Shown: positions 1 through 9,865 of the stretch, piece after piece
Numbering within the stretch: the first letter of the stretch is position 1
Layout: each line of letters begins with the position of its first letter
Assembly (NCBI GenBank): GCA_012026655.1
Contig: JAAILG010000177.1
Span: 62,001-126,000 of the forward strand
Direction of reading: 5' to 3'
Length of the DNA stretch: 64,000 bases
Source of the DNA: Hydrolagus affinis
Taxonomy: Eukaryota
Made by a program: the position numbers and the translations under genes
Notes under the pieces: generated by a model
What the model was told of the DNA's origin: nothing
What the model saw: the letters and a program-made list of their open reading frames with translations, nothing else
The model's database searches: none

Positions 1-887
1 GATTGAAGTAGGTGACAGAAGCACAGCAATAATTACCAGTGAAGGATAAGCCTCCCATTTGTCATATCTGCTAATTTTGAAGGAGTCTCACTCCCAGGCT
101 GCTTACCTCAGTGGGTTTTCAGGTTATGCTGGCAGCTCCAGTGGTGATTAAGTCAGAAGGCAATGGATGATCTCCACATTATTACACATAAATTATATAA
201 AAGGTCAAGAGCAGTCAAGCCAACAAATACTGTGTTAGAATCTGACAATAGAATTAGCAATAAAGAACAACACAAGACTGATTATGAAACTAATTGCATT
301 GCAGGATGTAAATCCGCTCACCATCTAAATGTATGTTACTGTATAATGAACTAAAGTCATAGTTTTTGTTGAAATAAAATTCCCGAGGCTAACTTGCTAA
401 CCGATCATAGTGACAAAGAGAAATATATTAAAATATGTGCAGTTGTTGTGCAAATTTAAAAGTGAGAATTCTTAGGATCAATCTTCAAGCTGCCAGCAGG
501 TTTTCGGAAACATGTATCTCCTTGAGCTGATAGTCTCAATAAGCTTTCATTTAATATGACAGTTAAAATAATGCTCAAACACTAGGTGATTCGTGTCGTC
601 GAGATACACAAAAAGGTATTATCCAATGATGTGAGATGATGTGGTTCCTCAGCAAGTGTGAAAGTACAGATATTGAGATGGGTCTAGATTTGTACTACAA
701 AGGGCTAAATCATTTGACAAAGAATAGCAATGGGCCAGCCATCTGTGTCTTATCAAAAAAAACACGTCGTTCATAACTACCCTGTTCTCATTCATAATTT
801 AGTTATCAGATTTTAGAATTGCAGATCAATAGGGATTATCGTCTGTTGGATGCCAACTAAGTAGTGTCCTTAATTTGTTTGAAGTTA

Positions 888-1028
888 ATAATAACCATTG
901 CATTTAATATAGTGCTTTTCACCTCTTCTAGACATCATAAAGCATTTCACAGAATATACTGAAAAGTGAATTCACTATACTGTACTGTATATTTCTGAAC
1001 AAAACACAGCACCAGTTGCACACAGCAA
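888..1028 (-). mobile_element. 3' fragment of tRNA-derived SINE
   Basis: aataataaccattgcatttaatatagtgcttttcacctcttctagacatc... is the reverse complement of the SINE tail at about 4260-4329. Confidence 0.75.
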
Positions 1029-2865
1029 TTAAAGGGAAAGAACTATTCCTTCATATGAAAAACAAGATTGAAAATCAGCTGAGGCATTTATTGAGACATC
1101 TTCTGATAAAGACATCTTCTGCTAAAAGCTTGAAGGAAAACTCTTTATGCTGAGACCACTGGGTTCCTTTGTAGATATAACATCCAGGATCTCTCAGATG
1201 GAAACTGAAACATCCAGATCTGGAATTTGCTGGATTAAAATTTAATTCAGGAAAAGACAATCACACTGAAAGCAAGTAGTTTTGCATTTAACGATTGTTG
1301 ATCGGTCTGTGTACTGACTTTGAGGATATCTATGGCAATGGAAATGGTGCAGTTTTACACACACTTCTTTCTCACCTCGATATCTTATTCTTTCCACACA
1401 GTTTTCTGCCACTTGCCCAAAAAAGCCATTGTTCATGTCTAAGTTTTGATTGTCCACATTGACAACTCCATGGGGGCTTTGACAGTACTGACTTCTAGAA
1501 ATTCTGGAAAGGATTACTGGACTCCCACTTTCTCAGTTTAGGATGCTGAAGGGTATTGCTTGGACCACCTAATTAAGCAGAGTGTGGTCTGCAATAAAAT
1601 AGGTAATTCATAGTTGTGGAGATGGAGTTTGTATCATGTGAAACAATAGCTTTTCTTAATTCCATGCTTTTTTATGTTCTTTCATAAACCAGTTACAGAC
1701 ACAAATCAACACATAACATGTCCCACATTCTTGCTTGAAAATACCTGTGTGCTTCTAATCCTGAAATAATCAGTGTGTTTGAGGCAGATTTAAATAAAAT
1801 ATCAAATACTAAGATACCATGTATAATTTCAGATTGTATAGAATATACATCAGAAAGCCAAGAATTACACAAAACTAAAGTAAGAGTTGATTTGCAGCAA
1901 AACCCACGATCTACTACAGTTGGAAGTGATTTGAACTATTTCATAAGTACCTGTAATTTGTTTTCTATAACGTGCATTTTCCTGATGTGCATTTTGAATG
2001 TAATACACGTCCAACATATTCATTCTTTTCAAATGGAAATTTCCATTGTGCCACAGCAGTGGTTGATGGCATGCTACATCTTTCAGAGTTTTTACGGCAA
2101 TGTTATAATTTGATAGATTATATAAACAGCAAAATGGAAAAGGCAAGGGGTGGAAGGGGTGGAAGAGCAAACCAGAAATAGCTTGTTTGTGAGTGTGGTT
2201 ATGATTTCTCTAGAAGGAACAATTAATAATTGATGCCAATTGGCTTCAAAAAGCATCCCATGACCGATGACTAATTCATTGACCCATATTAAAGCAGTCT
2301 TGAACAATACAGAACCATTTTCATTTAAGTGAATAGCCATTATTTTAATGCACCACTCAATTTGTACAATTGCCTTATATCTTCCATTAAGCCATCAATA
2401 AAAGCTATTTTTCTGTTTCCACATTAGAAGCATTTTCATGTAAAAAAAATCTATTTTTTAACCAAATAAGATACAACATATAACACTTGTATAGCGCCTT
2501 TCATGTCAGGAGGACTTCCCAAGACGCACATAGCTTGAAAATTAGTCATCCAGAACCGGGTGATCACAACTTCAATGTCTGGATTGTTGAATTTACAAGC
2601 TGGATTTGGTTAAATACAATGAAAATGCACCATGAATACACAGTGTATTTGGTTTGACCACAAAAAAGTATCCATTTGTATCCATCTTGCTTTGGTTGAG
2701 TAAGTTCTGAAGTTTAAGATCAAACCACGATGAACTTTGCTTAATTCATATTCTCAAAGACAAACTATGACTTGATGGAGGTATGAATTTTTTCCTATAT
2801 ACTGTGAAAGTAATCTGTGGAGAGAGATTGTCAACCTAAACAGGTGACTTTATTGGGTATTTCAG

Positions 2866-3028
2866 GAGTAGCAGTACTTGAAGGGCCAATGTACGCAGTG
2901 GGTGGACACGATGGATGGAGTTACCTTAACACAGTAGAAAGATGGGACCCACAAGCCCGCCAATGGAACTACGTTGCAAGCATGTCAACTCCACGAAGCA
3001 CAGTGGGTGTCGCAGCATTAAATGGCAA
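2866..3028 (+). CDS. KLHL4: Kelch-like protein 4, internal coding exon (kelch repeats); gene is 5'-partial in this window
   Basis: Acceptor ttcag|GA at 2865/2866 and donor AA|gtaagt at 3028/3029. Encodes [55 protein letters not shown], a kelch repeat typical of the KLHL1/4/5 group. Confidence 0.93.
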
Positions 3029-3735
3029 GTAAGTAGTTGTGTTACAGAAAGCCTCGGTGAAAGCTTTGCATCAAGTCAAGAAGGGTTGGCGAAGTGGTCT
3101 GTCATACAGGTGCAGAATTTTAACTCAAGACCAAATGCTGGACAAACAGGACCAGCTCTGAGCTGTGGAGAGCTCAATTAAAATCAAATGTAGTATCTTC
3201 TTTACAGAAGAAGCAGGATCAATGATCGATTACATCACATCGTTCCACTGAACAGCGACAGGCTACTATTCCATCCCAATTAATCCTTAATTTCAGATGG
3301 ATCAATCACATTAAATGGCACAAATAGTTAAGGATTTACTGTGACTCCACCTGGATTGGCCTTTAATCTTGCTCAATGTTCTGCAGCAAAAAGAACAGAA
3401 TGAAAAACATTTAAGAGAGTGAAACTACCAAATGGAATTCAATTACTTCCAATTGGAAACTTACAACAGCTTGCTGAGAAGCAGTGAGTTAAGCTGTTTA
3501 GCGAAACATGAAATCTGCTCAAACAAGCAAGGGAATTTTCCATGTACATGTGTAACTGTCCAGCTCCTTGGGACGCCCTCCTGTCGTGAAAGGCGCTATA
3601 CAAGTGTAATTTTGTGGTTGTTGTATCTAGACCTCTCATCTGATTTGGATATCCTGAAGTATGATGATGGGTTTCCGCATCCACCTGACCAAAAACTCTC
3701 GATTGACGGCACAATATGCTGGGTGTGTTTTGCAG

Positions 3736-3948
3736 GCTTTACGCTGTAGGTGGACGTGATGGGAGCTCCTGTCTACGGTCGATGGAATGTTTTGATCCGC
3801 ACACCAATAAATGGAGCATGTGTGCGCCGATGTCCAAACGAAGAGGGGGAGTAGGGGTGGCTACGTGCAATGGCTTCCTTTATGCAGTGGGAGGACATGA
3901 TGCCCCTGCTTCAAACCACTGCTCTCGGCTATCAGACTGTGTTGAACG
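3736..3948 (+). CDS. KLHL4: Kelch-like protein 4, internal coding exon
   Basis: Acceptor tttgcag|G and donor CG|gtaaga. Phase matches the previous exon (AA|G = Lys). Encodes [71 protein letters not shown]. Confidence 0.94.
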
Positions 3949-4021
3949 GTAAGAAGGACCAGCAATGGTTACTGTGACCAAACCAGGAGGGGATAGGACT
4001 ATTGATTCTGCTCAGAAATGT

Positions 4022-4329
4022 GGAGTCCTCGCAGCTCAGTGGTTAGAGCATTCGCCCCGCAAACGAGAGATCTGGGTTCGATTCCTGGCAGGGCAAAACC
4101 TTGGGCAAGTTTCCTTACTCCACACACCTGATAATAATCTTCAAAAAAAACCAATAATAATTTGGTCGTGCAATCTACAACTATCTGTGGGACTCTGCTG
4201 TGCACAATTGACTGCCGCGTTTCTCCCATAAATATGGTCAATTCACTTTATAGTAAATTCTGTGAAGCACTGAGACGTCCAGAAGACCTGAAAAGTGCTA
4301 TATCAAATGCAAGGATTATTATCATTATT
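4022..4329 (+). mobile_element. Full-length tRNA-derived SINE with L2-type 3' tail (intronic)
   Basis: Pol III A box (gcagctcagtggttagagc), B box (gggttcgattcct), body shared with more than 10 copies in the window, 3' stem-loop and (ATT)n tail. Confidence 0.9.
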
Positions 4330-5198
4330 CAATCAGGTGGATGACAGTAATAGGAGAAATCGAGCAGTTCAGTGAAGTTGTTCATAAAACAAAATCAGGC
4401 ATTTTTGCAAGGTTTAGTTAATGTCACTGATACAGAGCACTGCATTTAGTTCAAGGCAGATTTGTTTACAAATATCATCAGAATAACATCAGCTTTCTTC
4501 AAAATGGATATCTATTTAATTTACAATCCGCACTTTTTGATACCGATAGAAAAGTTCGAAAGAGAGGCAGCAATGTTTTCTGCTGGGAACAACTATCCAG
4601 CTATGGGTCAAGTCACTTATATTTCCCGCAGTGCAGTGATGCGCAGCCTGCTTGCATCATCACATCGAAGTGCGTGGGGTCAGTTTTCCAATATTAATCA
4701 AGGTTTTTAATCAATGCCGTAATAATATTCAATAATAATAAAATTCATGGTTAGTTCAGCGTATTAGGGGTATGGGGAGCAGTGCAGAGAGAGGGGCACG
4801 CAAGGAGAGGAGAGAGCCCAGTAAAAAGGGAAATTCACACTCACTGTGTTCATTGTGTGCAAATTTGTATCACACTGTTCCTCAAAGTAACTTCTCCCCC
4901 TTGTGGTCTCAGGAGGAGTCGGGCTCTATTGTATTTTATCCTCCTATTCACCTCTGTCCATCATTGCATTTTTAGAATATTTGACTGCGCATCAAAGATT
5001 CTGTTTGTTGGGAAAGTCATCCTCATTTCCAATTTTCTCTTTTCCACAATATCATTAGAACTACAGGCTGGGAAAATTAAGGGAGTCACAGTACAGAAAG
5101 TTAATTGATACACTCTCTTTTCTCCTAAATGTATATTAGCAGGTTGACACAAAGATTTCTTCAGAATTTAGACAATAAAAATTTTTTGTTCACGCTAG

Positions 5199-5370
5199 AT
5201 ATGATCCTAAAACAGATACTTGGACAACTGTGACCTCTTTAAGTATATCGCGAGATGCTGTTGGGATGTGTCTCCTTGGAGACAGACTATACGCGGTGGG
5301 AGGATATGATGGGCAGACTTACTTAAATACTGTCGAGTCTTACGATGCACAAAACAACGAGTGGACAGAG
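5199..5370 (+). CDS. KLHL4: Kelch-like protein 4, penultimate coding exon
   Basis: Acceptor cacgctag|A (CG|A = Arg) and donor GAG|gtaaga. Encodes [57 protein letters not shown]. Confidence 0.93.
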
Positions 5371-5730
5371 GTAAGAGATCACTTAAGACCAAACAGGATG
5401 GGGAATGCATTTACAGATATTTAAATAAAGAGCAGAAAGTGTTACGTAGAAGAGAGAGAAAAAGAGAATCACAGGCAACAATATTGTACCATGAAAGATC
5501 AGCTCAGCAGTTTGATTTGTGCCATCCAATCCAAGATTCTAAAAACCACATGCATTGTCATGGCTCAAATATGTCTATTTTCAAAATACTCGGCCTGCGC
5601 TAGATTGATACCCCTCATAAATTTATAACCGCAAGATTTTTAATTTATCCAGAATTCTTATTGAGAATGGTTTTACTGATTGAGATGTTCTTAATTCAAG
5701 ATCCTTGTCTTTGCTTTCAAATTTTTTTTT

Positions 5731-6228
5731 ATATACAGCACAAAGGGAGGCCATTCGGCCCATCTAGTCTGTGCCGGCTCTTTGAACAGAGCAACTCAAT
5801 CCCACTGCCCAGCTTTCTCCCCATAACCTAACAGACCTGCTCTTCCTAAATAAAGATCTAGTTCCCTTTCAAAAGCTGTTATGGAATCTGCCTCCACCAC
5901 CTTTTCAGGCAATGCATTTCAGATTCGAACAATCTGCTGAGAGAAAAAATTTCTCCTCAGCTCTCCTCTGCTTGGTTTTGAAACTATTTTAAATCTGTGA
6001 CCACGAGGCACTGATTCGCCCACCAGTGGGAACAATCTTTCCCTATTCACCCTGACGAAACCTCTCATAATCTTATAAACCTCTATTAGGTCTCTTCTCA
6101 GTCTTCTTTGTTTTATAGAGAATAAGCCTAGCCTATCTAGCCTTTCCTCGTAGCTGAAGTCCCTCATTCCTGGTACCATCCTAGTAAATCTCCTCTGCAC
6201 TCTTTCCAATGCCTTAATAATCTCTCCA
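5731..6228 (-). mobile_element. CR1-clade LINE, 3' fragment (ORF2 C-terminus and 3' UTR)
   Basis: ORF 5919..6242 encodes ALERVQRRFTRMVPGMRDFSYEERLDRLGLFS...DLIEVYKIMRG...RGHRFKI...RRNFFSQ, the characteristic CR1 ORF2 C-terminus. Confidence 0.92.
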
Positions 6229-6239
6229 CAGCCTTGCCC

Positions 6240-6562
6240 CACCCAATCTCTATGGCCTCCTTCAGCCCAACCGGCCTTTCATTCAGCAAACACCAGCCTG
6301 CTTCATATCCATTGCACTAATTTGCCCCACCATGCATGGGTGAGCTTTCAGACATCCTGTCCCTCTCTGGCACCCCATCACTGAGTCCTTCCCTCCCCAC
6401 CTTTAAAGCTTCTCTTAAGAGCTGTCTTTTCAACCGCACTTTTTGATCACCTCTCCCTCAGATTTCCTCCCCCACCCACCACAAAACCCCAGTTGATTAT
6501 TTGAAGCTCTTTGGGACATGCTCTCAATATGAAACGCTCAATGTAAATGTACAATTGTTGTT
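6240..6562 (+). mobile_element. Degenerate L2-clade LINE 3' fragment ending at the last KLHL4 acceptor
   Basis: cctttaaagcttctcttaagagctgtcttttcaaccgcactttt is an L2 ORF2 end. The tail ttgggacatgctctcaatatgaaacgctcaatgtaaatgtacaattgttgtt matches the other L2 tails in the window. Confidence 0.7.
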
Positions 6563-6574
6563 TTCTGCCTGCAG

Positions 6575-6634
6575 GAGGTACCTCTCAACATTGGAAGAGC
6601 TGGGGCTTGCATCGTTGTAGTTAAACTGCCATGA
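6575..6634 (+). CDS. KLHL4: Kelch-like protein 4, last coding exon with stop codon
   Basis: Acceptor ttttctgcctgcag|GAG. Encodes [19 protein letters not shown], stop TGA at 6632-6634. This resembles the KLHL4 C-terminus as I recall it ([20 protein letters not shown]) more than KLHL1 ([20 protein letters not shown]). Too short to appear in the ORF track. Confidence 0.9.
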   Translation, partial: [19 protein letters not shown]

Positions 6635-9600
6635 AAAGGCCCAGTGGTGGAAACACCCATCTTACGCTGTACATAAGACAGCTTTAAAAAAAACTAACAT
6701 TGCATTGTATGTTTATATAGTATCAAACATTCCAAAACACACTGTTTCAGAATTACCACAGGACCAGGTGTACCCTACTGTACCAGACCAGCACAGCAAA
6801 CTTGACTCGTGAAATCCTTATCAATAACTGAACATTTCCTGATATTGCACAACACGGAACGAAGTGAAATTGGAATTTCACGCCTACTATATATAAATCT
6901 ATTGCATGAAGTGTCCCACAACTAACACTGCACATCCACTTAAAAGTCTGCAAAGATAAAGGAAGGTGAAGACACATAGAGACTGATTTAGCACCTCGAG
7001 CAGCAACAAGAATAATGTTTAAAAACAACAAAAGCTAAACTCTCAACAGAAGTTAGAAAGTTGTTATTCATTGAAGATCTGGTTTTCAATCCACAAAGAC
7101 ATCTTCATTCATACTATTCTCTCAATTCTCCATCACTTCATCAAAACTCAGATGCAACCAAATAACAGAGCAGTGTTTTTAGAAACACTTCTCTGTCTAT
7201 TTTGGATTCTACTGTTACCTGTACCATTCCTCCATACTGCCATTAAACCCCAGCGATACAAACTCTCAGCATAATATGGAATATCACGGGGATGTCATGT
7301 ATGAAAAGAATGACACCTCATTATAAGATGGTTTAGAAATGCTTATCATTAGAGTTATTTCTACAAAAAATATTTACTTCTGAAGTATTTTTTAATAAAA
7401 ACACCAGTTTAGAGAAATGCAGTTGCTGCAAAATTTTAAGAGTGTGCTTTTCAATAATATTAAACACTGCAACTTTAAAGTGAAAGGATTATAATTGTCA
7501 GGGAATGCAAGAGCTCATATTTTTCAGGCTGAATGCATTCATGTAATATAAGTCAATTTTGAGTTTATGATGGAGTTCAAATGATTGTTGGCCCTTGTGT
7601 TTCTAAGATGGATTTAATATTGCAGGAGTTATGTGTTATTTGCAGACAGGCAATCAGGAGGTAGAACTTGGAAATATATCGTTGTGAAGAATCTTAAAAA
7701 GAATCTTTCTAATGAAGCTTGAGGCATATTGTCTAAATCAGAGTAATAGCATTGATCTAATACGTCACACGGTATTAAAAAGAATTGAAACTGAAGCCAG
7801 TGCTGCCACATAGAGCACACTTGGAACAGTGCTCTCATTCACTGTATGAGTGAATATATTGGCACATCCATCAGGTTTGTCTATACCAATAAAATTGATA
7901 TTTAGCATTTAAATATTTCAAAAATCATTTTGCTTTCTGCACAAATTTTCCATTACATCTCTGCAGAGATTTGCACAGCAATTTTATCAATTATTGATGT
8001 GCTGTACATTATCAATCAATACAACTGTTTTATTGCTACCATTTATAGTCTAAAAATATGATTAAACTGCATAAAAACGTTTTAAAAATTATGAAATGAA
8101 CATGGCGTAAAATGAACATTTAAAACATTTCTACTTTTAATGACTCTAAAAAAAATGAATTAAATAAACCAAAGTTAGTTATAGGCATATTTATGTAATG
8201 CTGACAATTCAGAGTTATATATATATAAAGATATATCTGTAAAACAAATATAATGTTCAAACCGAATGTCCATCTATAAACATATCATATTGATATTGGC
8301 AAATGTATTATGGGTCAATCCAATATTCTGAGCCTTTGAATGTGCCAACAGAGTTACAGCAGAGTGTTTATAGATAGCTATAAAGGCAAACTGATATTCA
8401 TGTACAGTATTGTCCAACATTACACACTGCAGTGCTCAGCCAGGGCAGGGAGAACATTTGGTATGTTACTGGTGCAAGAACCATACACATTTTTGGGTTC
8501 TGCAAAGCCCAAACATTTGACTTCTCCTCGTGGACAGAACACAGTTCAAATAGATTAGCTACAGAGAGATGGGATCATATTTATAACATAATTAAATTGC
8601 CAAATTTTGTTTATTGTAAGATCAACAGATAAGAATTACAAATGTAGGTTTTGTATAAGTGATTATTCAACTCAGCCACTGACTTTCACAAAATTGGCAA
8701 ATAAGGATCAAACAGATGTAAACATACAAAACTCAAGGTTCTCTACCTCAGCCATTAAAAGAACCAATGTCTTCAATAACCCAACTGAGGTTTACGTTAG
8801 GAACTGGAATGCTCTACACTTCTGCTCATTTGTCACTATCAATAAAGACGACTTCAAATTGTTCTATAATTAAATGGAATGGACTCCAGTGGATGCCCGA
8901 TCATTATTGGTTTGCAACACTAGCTTCAGGTTTGCACCAGGACAAAACCAAATGACATCTGACATCCGCTTGTCATGTTAATGTGAAGGTCACACAGACA
9001 GTTTATATGGGGTAATAAAGTGTGCAAACTATAATATGGTGAAATGACTCATTAAACCTAATGTATTTGATACCATCAAGGCTTGAGTCTGATCGTGTCC
9101 ATATAAAGCTGTCAAGATGGTGCTCTAGCAGGAATTTACATTGTCGTGGTACTGCCAAGATGTTGTGTATTTAAGGACCACTGAACTCTCCCAGCCCTTA
9201 TATTCTCACAATGTTTACAGTTCAGCTGTCAATCTTAACTCTTGTGCTGCACCTGGAAGAGAAGACTTCCAGTTTCTGAGTTAAAACAGCTGGCAGGAGG
9301 AGTTGTGATGGATCTATCACTCTGTAATTGAGTATTTACAGTACTTAATGCTGGTTTCCATGTGATTTTTATTTCAAATTCAATGAGTCAAATAAATTTA
9401 ACAGATGGATTGTAAATTAGATTTGTGTTTGGCTTCAAAAACAGAAGGAAACTAAATTTAGCAACTTTGTTCATTCGCCATTGATGTTGAATGACATATT
9501 TTGGGTGAATATTAAGGTTTTGAAAGGTTATATGTTGTGCAAAATGAATATTTTTGAGGTCTTACAGATGGATTTTATGACAGAAGAGGCCAAAAATTCT

Positions 9601-9865
9601 ACTGAGAACAGCTATTTTACACTGCCTTTCAGTATTACGTGATTGTAAAGATTATGAAAAGTGTTTATGTAAGCTTGCGTTTTTTCAGCACTGTCATTTA
9701 GAACAACCATTGAGCTCATTATTGTATGTGCTTTTTGTTTACTCTAGCATGCAAGGATGCAGTCGCTTTTTTATTGCAAACCTGGTATATTTACCTTTAA
9801 ACTTTCTGTGTCATTAATCTGCAGATGCCACTTTGCAAATAAAGTCATTTGAGACAAGCGTCTTG
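6635..9865 (+). other. KLHL4: Probable long 3' UTR of KLHL4 (end uncertain)
   Basis: AU-rich, no recognisable SINE/LINE copies, several AATAAA hexamers. The one at 9838-9843 is followed by a T/GT-rich tract. Confidence 0.5.
9838..9843 (+). terminator. Candidate polyadenylation signal AATAAA
   Basis: caAATAAAgtcatttgagacaagcgtcttgcattattttcttgtctt: canonical hexamer plus downstream U/GU-rich element. Confidence 0.45.

Noticed and set aside
1-2865. Search for the preceding KLHL4 exon (expected to end ...MSTHRHGLG)
   Set aside because: Not found; it presumably lies upstream of the window.
4022-4095. tRNA-like sequence (also at 29110, 34760-34831 and 38660-38740)
   Set aside because: These are SINE heads: they run into the SINE body and tail, and the anticodon arms differ between copies. 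They are not tRNA genes.
5919-6242. 107-aa antisense ORF inside KLHL4
   Set aside because: A CR1 ORF2 C-terminal remnant with no RT core.
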